Origin: Octopus sinensis | Taxonomy: Eukaryota | NCBI RefSeq assembly: GCF_006345805.1 | Contig: NC_043010.1 | Coordinates: forward strand, 51,398,001-51,462,000 | Reading direction: 5' to 3' | Length of the DNA stretch: 64,000 nucleotides | Shown here: in pieces, positions 46,834 through 60,821 of the stretch | Layout of the letters: every line of letters begins with the position of its first letter | Position numbering within the stretch: the first letter of the stretch is position 1 | Position numbers and translations under genes: made by a program | The notes under the pieces: model-generated | The model's input: only the letters and a program-made list of their open reading frames with translations | Database searches by the model: none | Told to the model about the DNA's origin: nothing

Positions 46834-49800
46834 ATGGCTTATTTGCTAGTGTATTTGGCTTGCAATTGTAAGGTTGTGAGTTTGAGTCCCGGCAACATGT
46901 TGTGTCCTTGAGCAAGACACTTTATTTTATGTTGATCCAGTCCACTCAGATGGCAAAAATGAGTTGTACCTGTATTTCAAAGGGCCAACATAGTCATATT
47001 CAGTGTCCTGCTGAATCTCCCAGAGAACTATGTTAAGGGTATACGTGTCTATGGAGTACTCGGCCACTTGCACGTTAATTTCGTGAGCAGGCTGTTCTGT
47101 TAATCGGATCAACTGGAACCCTCGGTTTAACTAACCAAGTACCAGTTATTGAATTATAACAGACTTGAAGCTAAAAAGCAACCATGTCAGTAGAAGTGAA
47201 ACTAATGAAGTAATTGTCTTAATATCATTCCAATTGCTAACTATTGACTATGAAGTAAGAGTAAACCGATGAGGTGGTAAACTGAATCCACTGTCAGTTT
47301 TAATTCCAACCACCTGATTCTTGATTGTCTTTAGTAAACTGCATTCTGTTACAAGCATTCATGTTTAGTTTCTAATCTAGGGATAACTTCCTTCCCTTTC
47401 ATCTCAGACACCCTCAGAAACATAAATGCAGTTCCTTGGTACTCTCAGTGGTTCCCAACTGGGGTCCATATAAGATTTTTGGGAGGTCTGCACAGCAAAA
47501 TAGTAAATTGGGGATCCACAATAATCTTTTAAGGGACCCTGAAAAAATTTTGTTTTAGGTATATGTATTGGTATGTATTGCAAGAAACAGCTGGGTTTCT
47601 TTCTCTGACATTTTACATAGTTCAACCTAAACAAGTTAGTGAAAATCAAAATAGGAATTTTGAAGAAGTATCTATAAAACTGTTTTTTTTAAATATCAAG
47701 TGGCTATGGGGGTCTACCAGAATAAAATAGTAATCAAAGGGGTCCACTGCTCTAATTGAACCATGAAACAGGAGTTAAAACATACATACACAAAGAAGTA
47801 TAAACAGAATTTTATATATATATATCTTGCTCATTAGAGAAAAAGTAAAAAAGAAAATCTTCAATATCTAACTAATATAAAATATGAGGGCATGTGGCCT
47901 AGTAGTTAGGGTGTTGTACTCATAATCGTTAAGACCATGGGTTCAATCCCTGGACCAAGAAGTGATTGGTGTTCTTGAGCAACACACTTCATCTCACATT
48001 AATCTGTAATAACTTTGACATCTAATGTGTAGCACACTATGCATCTGTGCAGGTAATGTTAATTTGAGGGAGGGAGTGATTTTACATGCAGCACATGCAT
48101 TTGATCACTACAAACAAATCATTTGTGAAGGTTGATCAGCAAGAAATTGCAGAACCCATCTTTCTTGGATTGCGACGCTACCATGACAACGATGATCAGA
48201 AACCAAATATCTTTTGTCTCTCACTGTTGCTCACAACATATCCAGACTAATGTGATTAAAGCTGGTTGTGATGCATACACACAATTCTGGATTTTGCAGG
48301 ATTAAGAATATGAAAGATAAGCTTCACCTCATTTAGATGCTAAGCGATCAAAAATTATATCCATTACATTTTTTTAAAACTGTTTCTAGTTCAGTCCTAC
48401 AGCTCAGCACCTTGGCCAAGTGTCTTTTAATATAACTCCAGGTTGACCAATATTTTGTGAGTGAATTTGGTAGAGAGAAACTGAGAGGAAGCCCATCATA
48501 TGTGCATTTGTGTTTGTCCTCCAGCACTACTTGACAACTGGTGCTGGTTTATGTCCCCTTAACTTAGTTCAGCAAAAGAGTCTGATAGAATAAATATCAG
48601 ATTTTAGAATGATTGTTGCACTAGATCAGGTATGGGCAATCTTTTTTCAAGAATCAGTTCACATGAGATGTGGTTCATCAACATGCAGACCACATCGGCA
48701 TTTCATCTTTACATTCTGAGTTCAAATTCTGCCTTTCATCCTTTCAGGGTCGATAAATTAAGTACCAGTTGCATACTGGGGTCGATCTAATCGACTGGCT
48801 CCCTCCCCACAAAATTTCGGGCCTTGTGCCTTAGAGTAGAAAAAAAAAACATGCAGATCACATTACTAAAAAATTTCTAGGTAATCTTTCATTAGGTGTG
48901 CCATTCAGAAAGTCATGTGGGTCATAATTTGTTCAGGGCTGTCCAGATGTTGTTATAAACTGTGGTGTACAGGTGTTTACCAAAACATATCCTTTGTTTG
49001 CAGCAAGTAGTGTAATACCAGCTGGATATAGGGGTTCACTCAGGAGACCAAATGTATAATAATCCTTTCTATTATAGGCATAAGGCCTGAAATTTGAGGG
49101 AAAGGATAGTCGATTACATCAACCCCAGTACTCAACTGGTACTTATTCTACTGACTCCAGAAGGATGAAAAGCAAAGTGGACCTCGGTGGAATTTGAACT
49201 CAGAATGTAAAGATGGACGAAATGCTGCCATTTTGCCAGGCGTGCTAACGATTCTGCCGGCTTGCCACTTTCACCAAATGTATAATAATCAAAAGGTTGA
49301 AGACTGAGCAAGAAGGAAAATGAATAAGCTATTTTGTGAACCTTTTCTTGGCTACATGAAAAATAGTACTGGGGTCAATTTGTGCCTTTCAAAATAGTGC
49401 ACTAGTATGACTGCAGTTCAATAACTGAAACAAGTGAAAAATGGAAAAATAAAAGGGAATATTTTGCTGAGCTTTTGACAACTAGCATGGAGAAAAGAGG
49501 GGTGAAACAACTTGGTTGCTGAAGTATGAAGCAGTCCAGCCTATTAAGAATGCTTATCACAGAGCAATTTAATTCATTCTTTTGAAACCAACTTGGATAA
49601 GACCACCCCCGGCACTATGATACAGATGAAAAGTAATCTCTCTCTCTTTTACTATCTTTGCTTGTTTCAGACATTTGACTGTGGCCATGCTGGAGCACCG
49701 CCTTTAGTTGAGCAAATCACCCCAGGACTTATTCTTTGTAAGCCTAGTACTTATTCTATTGGTCTCTTTTGCCGAACTGCTATGTTACAGGGACGTGAAC

Positions 49801-50700
49801 ACACCAGCATCAGTTGTCAAGCGATGTTCAGGGGGGGTGGGACAAAGGTGTATTAGTTTAACACTCAGAAAAAAATGGAAAAGTCTTTGACAGTTCAAGC
49901 CTGTGCTCAGCAGAAAGGAATAAGGAAAGAAAAAGGAAGAGAGAAACAAAATATGTTTGGATTAATGGGTTCATATATTGAATTGACAAGAAGGATGGGG
50001 TTGAATGGAAGGGGAGACAACAGTAACCTGGTTGAACATAGTCTTAAATGTTTATTTTTATGTTTAGTTAAAAGTAAAACTATTTTATATTAATCTGAAG
50101 GGTTACCCAATACTTTCCGTAAAGTACATTCTTTTACCTGTTTCAGTCATTTGACAGTGGCCATGCTGGAGTACTACTTTAAAGGGATTTTTAGTTGAAG
50201 AAATCGACCCCAGGACTTATTCTACTGGTCTCTCAGTTACAGGGATGTAAACACACCAACACCGGTTGTCCAGTGGCGATGAGGGACAAACACAGGCACA
50301 AACGCACACAGATATATACGTATATATTGTAGTTGTGGCCGATGCTAGTACCGTCTGACAGGCACCCATGCCAGTGGCACATAAAAACCACCGTTTGAGC
50401 ATTGGGCCTCATGGAAGCAGTGACAGCTAACCAAGACCTTTGGCGACATACTATGCTTGTGTAGACCTGTCGAGCCAAGTGAGACTGGAGTCGTGGCTGA
50501 TGCCAGTGTCAGGTTTGTGGCACCCATGCTGGGGGCATGTAAAAACACCCACTACACTCTCAAATTGGTTGGCATTAGGAAAGGCATCTAGCCACAGAAA
50601 CCTTGCAAAATCAGGATCAGAACCTGGTACATCTCCCTGGCTTACCAGTTTTCAGTTAAACCATCCAACCTGGAAAGCGGATGTTAAATGTTAATGATAT

Positions 50701-51055
<355 letters not shown>

Positions 51056-51850
51056 TAAAGAAGCCATGGCTTCTTTCAGTTTCTATCTACCAAATCCACG
51101 CACAAGGTTTTGGTCAGCCTAAAACTATAGTAAAAGATACTTGCCCAAAGTGCCATGCAGTGGGACTGAACCCGGAACCATGTGGTTGGGGAACACGCTT
51201 CTTACCACACAGCCACTCCTGCACCTATATACATATTTATATTTTTACATGAAGAATAGTGACAGCAACTTTGAAGTTTCAGGCAGCTAGCCTTCATCAG
51301 ACAATCCAATGAAAGCTAACAGGCCTAAATTTCAAAGTCACTCTTCTTGTAAAAGTATGTGTGTGTGTGTGTGTGTATTATCACACACACCCCTGAAGTT
51401 GAATATATTATTATTATGTTACGTACTTTCAGTTTATAAAACCAGTACTCAGTAAATGTGGTATCTTAATCACTTAAGCCAAGCATGCCACTCACTCCTG
51501 GCACAATACAAATAAAACTGATAAAATGGTAATTTCCAGCATGCTGCCAAAGACCAACAGATTGTTTATATAAATTCTTTAGAACCAAACCTACCTACAA
51601 CTACTTCTGGTTGTCTGTCAAACACCTACTCTGCTTTTAAATATCTTCATTTAAAATTAAAACTTTGCAACATGATTTTATGTAAGGACTTTTCTAGTTG
51701 TGTTCAAATGGCCGATTAATAATAATAAAAGGCATGGTTGCGTGGATATGGAGCTAGTTTCCCAACCATGGGGACTTGAGCTCAATCACACTATGCAGCA
51801 CATTGGGCAAGTATCTTCTACTATAGTCCCGGACTGACCAAAGCCTTGTG

Positions 51851-52355
51851 AATGGCTTTGGTAGACAGAAACTGAGATAAGCCCTGTTATCTACCAAACC
51901 ATAAGAAATGTCTACCAATGAAAGGTCTACTATGGTTTTGGTAGACAGAAACTGAGATAAGCCCTGTTATCTACCAAACCATAAGAAATGTCTACCAATG
52001 AAAGGTCTACTATGGTTTTGGTAGACAGAAACTGAGATAAGCCTGTTATCTACCAACCATAAGAAATGTCTACCAATGAAAGGTCTACTATGGTTTTGGT
52101 AGACAGAAACTGAGATAAGCCTGTTATCTACCAAACCATAAGAAATGTCTACCAATGAAAGGTCTACTATGGTTTTGGTAGACAGAAACTGAGATAAGCC
52201 CTGTTATCTACCAAACCATAAGAAATGTCTACCAATGAAAGGTCTACTATGGTTTTGGTAGACAGAAACTGAGATAAGCCTTGTTATCTACCAAACCATA
52301 AGAAATGTCTACCAATGAATGGTCTACTATGGTTTTGGTAGACAGAAACTGAGAA
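51851..52355. repeat. 80-bp tandem array (about 6.3 units) with an internal inverted repeat
   Basis: gtagacagaa recurs at 51861, 51941, 52021, 52099, 52178, 52258, 52338. Confidence 0.97.
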
Positions 52356-52586
52356 GGGCGGCGAGCTGGCAGAAATGTTAGCATGCCGGGCGAAATGCTT
52401 AGCGGTATTTTGTCTGCCGTTTCGTCTGAGTTCAAATTCCGCCAAGGTCAACTTTGCCTTTCATCATTTCAGGGTTGATAAATTAAGTACCAATTACACA
52501 CTGGGGTCAATGTAATCAACTTAATCCTTTTGTCTGTCCTTGTTTGTCCCCTCTATGTTTAGCCCCTTGTGGGCAGTAAAGAAATA
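52355..52586 (+). mobile_element. SINE family C nested in the family A copy that carries the 80-bp array
   Basis: 10-bp TSD agaaactgag at 52344-52353 and 52587-52596. Confidence 0.9.
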
Positions 52587-53398
52587 AGAAACTGAGGTAA
52601 GCCCAGTGTGTGTGTGTGTGTTTGATAACCAGTGTCAGTTTATTACATTCCTGTAAGTTCAGTGATAGAGACTGACAGAATAGGAGCCCAGACTTCAAAA
52701 ATGAATCCTGGGGTTGATATGTTCAGTAAACCCTTCAAGATGCCCTAGCATAGCCACATTCCAATTACTGAAACAAGTAAAAAAAAGATATTATATCAAA
52801 AAAAAAGATAAATATCTCCAAATCCTTTGATTGTATCCATTAGGGAGTCACGAAAGGATTGAAATCAAAATTTTTATGTTGCTTTTCACCAATAATTGTA
52901 TTGTTTTTAAATGTTTTAAATATTCTGAAAACTGCAATACAAAATGATATATGGCAAGCTTCTTAATTCTTTCTTTACCATATTTCCATTGAAATATACA
53001 GCTATTGTTTCAACTAATTTTGGAAACAATAAAAATATTTGTTAAACTCATTTTTTTTTTTTTTTGAATATTAAACTGAAATAAACATGAAATTTTGACA
53101 GAAGGTTTTAATTTAGATTACTTTAAAATGGAAGTTTGTATCATAGAACGAATGGCAGCTTCTGGTGGGTTTGGTATCAAAATGGTTAGAAACCGTAAGT
53201 CAATACTTGTTGATCTAAATGGGAGTGTAAAAGCATGTTAATTCAACCTAATTTTTTCAGCTTTTATACCATAAATTGAATACAGAGGTTCCTCAAAAAT
53301 GTGTGACTACATGTTATTGAGCCGATCAGCCCAAGTTACTGCTTACAAAGCACTCTTGATAAAAGTGTTCTAGCTATGACCATCCTGTCTTACTTTGA

Positions 53399-53432
<34 letters not shown>

Positions 53433-53615
53433 AATGTGTCCTTCTTTGAAAGTAAGATGTCATTTGTAGAGAAATTAGCTATCTCTAGCAGGTTGAGCAA
53501 CCTGTAGTGAGTACCTGACTGGCTATGTGTGTCTGTTTGTGAGTGTAGTGTCATGATAAACTCCTTGTGCAATAATAATTTTTTATTTCATTCGTTCTAT
53601 ACATGACAGGTGTAT

Positions 53616-53965
53616 GAGTGACTGTGTGGTAAGAAGCTTACTTCCCAACCTCATGGTTCCAGGTTCAGTCCCATTGCGTGGCACCTCGGGTAGGTAAATG
53701 TCTTGTACTATAGCCTCAGGCAGACTAAAGCTTAGTGAGTGGATTTGGTAGATGGAAACTGAAAGAAGCTGGTTGTATGTATATGTGTGCCTTTGTTCAT
53801 TCCCCACCACCTACACTTGCCAACTGGTGTTGGTGTGTTTATGTCCCTGAGTGGTTCGGCAAAACAGACTGATAGAATAAGTACCAGGCTTTTAAAACCA
53901 AAATTCTTCAAGACGGTGCCCCATCATGGCCACAGCCAAATGACTGATACAAGTGAAAGACAAAA
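53616..53965 (+). mobile_element. SINE family A, plus strand (other plus copies at about 6185-6545, 48400-48600, 51735-52770)
   Basis: Same blocks in sense orientation. Confidence 0.88.
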
Positions 53966-54373
53966 GGTAAAAAGAGGACAAAATACATCTGTAAACAACA
54001 TTCAGAAACCTTCTACATCTAGTTTATCATCACCATGACTTCAATATCCACTTCCCATCCTTGCATGGGTCAGGCAGAATTCACTGAAGCAAAATTTTTT
54101 TTTTTTTTACCAGCTGGATGCCCTTCCTGTCACCAACCTTCACCTGTTTTCAAGCAAGGCAATATTTCCCCCATGATTGGAATGGTTTCATAGAAGAATG
54201 GAAACAAATGACACTGCTTGTAAGAAGGTAACACACATTTACAATAACACTGTGTAACATGATTTTTTTTTTTTTTTTTTGTGCTTGGGTAGAAACTGTT
54301 ATTTCCTATTTGCTTACCCTTAGAAATGATGACAAATGGTTAATATTTCCTTCAAACTATACTTTTGTTATGA

Positions 54374-54748
54374 TACTCTTTACTCTTTTACTTGTTTCAG
54401 TCATTTGACTGTGGCCATGCTGGAGCACTGCCTTTAGTCAAGCAAATCGACCCCGGGACTTATTCTATCGGTCTCTTTTGCCGAACCGCTAAGTGACAGG
54501 GACGTAAACACACCAGCATCGGTTGTCAAGCAATGCTAGGGGGACAAACACAGACACAAACATATACACACACATACATATATATATACATAATTATAAC
54601 AGGCTTCTTTCAGTTTCCGTCTACCAAATCCACTTACAAGGCATTGGTTGGCCCGGGGCTATAGCAGAAGACACTTGCCCAAGATACCACACAGTGGGAC
54701 TGAACCCAGAACCATGTGGTTGGTAAGCAAGCTACTTACCACACAGCC
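54374..54748 (-). mobile_element. SINE family A, minus strand, full length
   Basis: Same blocks; inverted relative to 53616-53965. Confidence 0.9.
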
Positions 54749-55604
54749 TAAAACCCTAAACAATCCCTCTCAACACATGGCTAAAATGCTCCACACTACT
54801 TCTGCTCATCATCAGAGATGCACAGATTTTCATTTACTAAGGGACATGCTCAAGCAACTGTCAATCAACTGACAAGCAAATCTATGGTATGGAGCAGAAT
54901 ATTTGCTATAACGATATTTCTGCTTCAGCAACTCAGCGCTGAATCTGTCTGAAATGTAATGGAAAATAGGTCAGCTTCAAAACATTGATGTTCAGGTGAC
55001 AAAAGCAAAGTTTGAAGGGGATAGTAGTCATTTCCTTTGATTTCGAGATAAAAGCAAATAGGAAATAAGACTTACCAACCAAAGACAAAAACAAAATTAA
55101 AATTGAGTTATACAGAGTGATTAACACCTTTAATGAAATCTAGTGAGCAGAAACAGCTTTGAAGTCCAGTATGTGTAAGTGTGTATATGAGCACATGTGT
55201 ATTGGATATGCAGGTTTCTAGTTCTCTATTTTTTTTTTCCTTTTCATGTCTATCTTGTCTTTCAGAAGGAGTGAATATTTGAAACATAAAAGGCATTTCC
55301 TTCTCTTTTTTACATTTCTTGAGCATCAACCTAATACACTCTGGGTTTGTATTTTTTGCTGTCTTTGTGTTGTATTTTTTTCACCATACACACATCTATG
55401 TATGTATGTATATATATATATATATAAAACATCTGTTCTATTTATATACATCCTCTCCACAATTATACCTCTTGGATTTTCATAAAGATGCTACAGCTTA
55501 TCCTAGCCTTAACCACTGTCATTCTTGCTAGCCGTGTAGTTGGTGGAGAGATTAATGTGAGATCTGTTTGATTCTTTTAATCCTTATCACTACTATATAT
55601 ATAA

Positions 55605-55686
<82 letters not shown>

Positions 55687-58112
55687 CAATCAACATTTAA
55701 TATCTGTCTTCTTCCATACAAGGTTTATGTTGCTGGAAACAGTGATGATGATGCACAGTAAGATAGTAGTTCACCAAACATATTTTGCTAGCATGTGTAC
55801 CAAACTAAAATAATAATAATTGGGGCCAATATGCCCAACTAAACCCTTAACGGTGGTACCTCAGCATGGCTAAAATCTAATAAACGAATATATGTTTTAT
55901 CAAATTGGAGGGCACCACCAACTCCGGATTGAGATTTTGGAGATTTTAACATTTTCTGTTATTTTGTTTTAAACCAGTTGTATTTAATGAGCTATCTGCA
56001 ATCAAGGAGAATGAGGATCTTAGTTTTCTTTATTTTGTTTCTTTTTTCGTTTCATTTTCTTTTGCACCAAACTTCATGTTTTTTGTATGTTTTTTTTTTC
56101 TTACTGTGCAATGTTCTTGTTTTTAAAAAATATGAAACATATAAGCAGAACATGAAAGATTATTTTAAGATACATAGCATATTTATATAAATATGTCTGT
56201 TCAAGTATCATAGAAGCAGGAAATTATTAGTAGCTCTTTCAGTTGTGTATGTCCCCTCTACATTTAGCCCCTTGTGGGCAATAAAGAAATAAGAATACTC
56301 AGTACAGTACCTCGGGTATCTTCTACTATAAACCCAGTTTCACTGTGAGTGAATTTAGCAGACAGAAACTGTAGAAAGCTCATCATGTTTGTGTGTGTAT
56401 GCATGAATGTGTGTTATTCCATAGTGTGACTCTTAGTGCAAGTGTCTTCTACCACAGCCACTAGTCATTCCAAACTCTGTGAGTAAAACTAGGCAGACAA
56501 AACAGCATACAACTAAATCAAATGACCTTCACATGTCCTTAGGTGGATGACTTAAATCCATTGCTGGGTTTAATTGCCTGAACTCTTGGATGCCTTTAGT
56601 GATGTTCCCTGTTGCATGCATGCATCTGCACCAGGTCACCAGTCTGAGAGTAATTTCATTCTTTTCCCCCATTAATTTCAAAAGCCCTCACCCAAAAGTC
56701 ATGAGATTTTACCCTTCCTTAGACTAAGCAAAAGTTACAAAAAAAGGAAAAAGTTAATGACTCTACAAAAGCCTATATTGGTGTACTTCTCATATATTTG
56801 GGACAGTGATATTGCATGCTGTATTATACCCACATCTAGTACTGAAATAGTGAAGGCTGATCTCAGGACACTGAGTCTTGCAAAGATGACAAAGAACCGA
56901 GATATCTCGCACCTTGCTGTACTCAATAAGATGAGTCCATCACAGCAACCCTGTGCTAATGCCCTGTAAACAGCACCTGTGCTGGTGCCATGTAAAAATT
57001 ACATGGGCCTGATCTGTGTAAAAAGCACCTATGCTAGACCACATTAAAATCACCCATGCTATGCTAAGAGTATGCCAGAGCACATTGAAAGCACCCATGC
57101 TGGTGGCGCCATGTGCAAAGCGCCAGTGATGGTGCCAAGTAAAAAGCACCCAGCACACACTATTAAGTGATTGGTGTTAGGAAGGGCATCCAACCATAGA
57201 AACCAGGCCAAATCAGACTGGAACCTAATACAGCACTCCAGCTCTGGTCAAACCAGCCAACCCATGCCAGCTTGAAAAATGAACATTAAAGGATGATGAT
57301 GGTGATGATGATTCAAGTCGCTCATCCAAACTACCACTAGCTCACAGACTGTCTTTCACTGGAGCATCTGAACTTGCTAGTTGCACACCGAGTTCACCAA
57401 AGACCAAACAATGTAGCCAGCTCTTCTCCACACAGCATACCACACACATCTTCCTAGATCCTTGCTAAACGATTTGCCAAGACATTCCACTCAAGATTGT
57501 AACCCTCTGCTACATCCACAATTTTCACACAGGCACCAACCTGACCAACTGATTGCCAAACCGATTAACAGCTGAGACTCTACCTCACACATTTTTTTGA
57601 GAGGATCTGTAACAGTGAGGGAGAGGAACCTTGCTCTTTGAAGTAATAAACAAATGTAACATAGTTAAACATGCATAATTATATGTATACTCGTGTATCA
57701 ATGCATATAATTGAAGTTAAAACTGCTGCAACATTGCCCAAGAATGATAATTCAAATCACAAGAGAGAGACCCAGCACAGAGCACATTAAACTGCTTGTG
57801 TTGTGTCTCTCTGATCTCTGACAGATAATTAATCCTTGGAGGCTGACCTACCTGAAACCACCCTGAAGCAATACAAATTTCTCATATTAAAGCAATCTAA
57901 AAGTCTTCCATCAAAATTCTAAGTTAATTTATATTCTAAACACCAACGAAATAACAACAAAGTTATTTTAATAAATTCTTCATTATTTTTAAAATCAATC
58001 AAAAAACAAAAGGCAGTGTAATAAAGTAACAGAGGGATTATCCAGCGTCTCGGTTAATTCGTGACTGAAATACATCTAACTAAAAACACAATTTCAGATA
58101 AATATACATAGC

Positions 58113-58152
<40 letters not shown>

Positions 58153-58396
58153 AAGGAAGGAAGGAAAGAAGTAATGAGAATGAACCAAATCACCCAACAC
58201 TGACAGACTATATATTGCATTATATTCATAGCTGTGATTAACATGAGGTTTCAGCCGTCGTCATTTAAAGGTTTCGTTAAGTAACCAGTCCTGCAAAGTT
58301 CTCGACTGTACATCATGCAGAACACAACAGCACAATATACTGATAAACGCATCCACGGCACAGACACACGCGCACACACATCAGAGATATCCTTAC

Positions 58397-58842
58397 CTTT
58401 CATTCCAAAACTGTTGATCTGAGGAGGATGAATTAAAGCGGTTATGGTTAAAGTCTCTAGAAGGCGGCATTGCTGCTGGTGGGGGCCTGTTACATCTATC
58501 AGCATTATAAAGACGGTTGTTCATATCTCCTAACCTATTCACTCTATTCATGGGATCATAAAAATCTGGGTTAGAGATTTTATGAAAGGCAGGGTCCATG
58601 TCTCTGTCTCTTCCAGGTGGTGCAGGAGAGCCTTGAGGATGTCCCCAAGGTTTATTATTGTTGTTGTTGTTGTTGTTACTTTTATTATTGTTGTTATTGT
58701 TATTATTATTGCCAAAATCACATCTGTTATCTTCCCACTGTGCTCGTTCTCCTCTGTTCATCCAACTGTCCAGTTGGTTTTTTGAGCTCATTCTTGGTTC
58801 ACCGGACCAGTTAAATGGTGGAGCATCATTCCGAAGGGAGTC
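58397..58842 (-). CDS. YLPM1: YLPM1 exon (DSLRNDAPP...QQFWNE) with poly-Asn tracts, phase 0/2
   Basis: Acceptor ttctctttgaag, donor GTAAGG; 446 nt; phase matches both neighbours. Confidence 0.85.
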
Positions 58843-58934
58843 CTTCAAAGAGAAATTAAAATCAATTTAGAAAATTAAACTACGCATAAATCAGAATGCA
58901 AAAAACAAAAATTATTTCAAAATTTATTAAATAA

Positions 58935-59435
58935 CTAGCAGTATCGCCCGGCGTTGCTCGGGTTTGTAAGGGAAATAACTATATAAGCATTTTTAGAGAG
59001 TTATAGCAAAAGAATGCATTAAAAATGGAATAAAAAATGATGGTAATTTTTTTTTTTAAATCGTTGACTCAGTGTCTTCAAGCCATGAAGTCGTTCTAAA
59101 AGAACGCTGGTCTCCTTGACAACACTTTACGACGTTGATTTCCTTAAACTCCCTTCCCCACAGCTTCACGAGGGAGGGAAGAAGGGGGAGAAGCAACACA
59201 GGTGCAGGTGTGACGCCAACTCCACCGCCATCGACACACGAAAAAATATGCGTTAAAATGGAAAAAAATGATAAATTATTTTTAAAATCGTAGACTCATC
59301 GTAGACGCGCTCGATATGAATCACGACTATAAGATACCCGAATTTGGTTAAACTGCACCGCAAAATGTGGGAGTAGTTAGGAATCTAAATCGTAGGAGAC
59401 AGACACCCACACAACTACAGTTTTATATATATAGA
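58935..59435 (-). mobile_element. Non-autonomous Helitron (about 500 bp)
   Basis: Minus strand starts TCTATATATATAAAAC and ends with hairpin CCCGAGCAACGCCGGG about 8 nt before CTAG|T; no TSD; internal duplicated block. Confidence 0.8.
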
Positions 59436-60821
59436 AAATGCTACAGCTAATCATTCAACCCACAGGTTGCACAAACAAGAAAACTGGTTTCTGCTGAAAC
59501 CCTACATCAACTTGATTATGTGGATCTACTGCATGACAATTAATTTGCTCGTGTAATTTGAGGGAGATTTGGCAGCTATTTCTAGCAAATTGGTTGCAAA
59601 GGGCTCCCCTGTTGACCCACCAGCAAATTGGCTATGAATGTGTGGTTGAGTGAACACAGAAAATAGTGAGAATTAGATTGAGAAAGGGAAGGTGGGGAAA
59701 GCAGACAGAAAGGTAAAGTGAGATGCAGTCAGAGAGATAGTAGAAAGACAGGTATTCAAAGGTGTGGTGCAGTATGACTGAACCCGGAATCAAGTAATTG
59801 TGAAACAAACTTTCAAGCACTAAGCCAAGCCTATTCATGTGGATTCTTAAATTCCTTAATGAATTTTTAGGACGGGCATCCAGCTGTAGAAACTCTGCCA
59901 GATCAAAATTGAAGCCTGGTGCAGCCATCTGGTTCACCAGGATTCAGTCAAATCGTCCAACCCATGCTAGCATGGAAAGCAGACGTGAAACGATGATGAT
60001 GATGAATTTGTTTCAAAGTTTCACACAATACAGTAAATGCATCTTAGATCACAGAAATGCAAAAGAAATTGTTATCGGTAACAGGCACATAACATGTTTA
60101 TTGGCCAATGCCGGTGTCATATAACTGGCACCTGTACCAGTGGCACATAGATAGCACCTTTTGAGCATGGAGGCAATGACAAATGACCCGAGACCATTGG
60201 CAATATGCCATGCTTCAGAGGAAAACCCATTAAGTCAAGTGAAATCATAGTCGTGGCAGATACTGGAGTCCGGCAACTGGTACCCATGCTGGTAGCATGT
60301 GAACACACCCATTAATTACACTCTTGGAGTGGTTGACATTAGGAAGGGCATCCAACCATAGAAACCATGCCAAAGCAGACACTAGAGTACAATGTAGTTT
60401 TTGGGTTCACTGAATCTTGTGAAGCTGTCCAACCCATGACAGCATGAAAAACAGACATTAAATGATGATGGTAATGATGCTTAGCATGAAGAATCAGCGA
60501 GGATGGGGGCACTTTCAAATAGTTAGTTGCTTCTACTCTACAGTCAGACCTTCAATCCTGCAGGAGCTACTTTTCATATCTGCTGCACAGGCAGCAGAAT
60601 TCAGGGAACAGGGGAGGATGGGTGGGTCATAGGAGGTAAGAAGGTTAGGAAAGTTGGTTTTAGCAACTCTGAAAGAACAAAAGTAAAAAAAACTGACACC
60701 TCTCTCACTACAGAAATATAAATAAGTACAACAAAGCATTTTGTCCAGCGCTCTACCAATCCTAACCATTGTAACGAAAACAAAAGAAAGAGAGGAATAA
60801 AATAGTTTGAAAATTACTTAC

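Noticed and set aside
51851-52355. CRISPR-like array of palindromic repeats
   Set aside because: Units are contiguous and near-identical with no unique spacers, there are no cas genes, the context is a spliceosomal intron, and the unit derives from a SINE.
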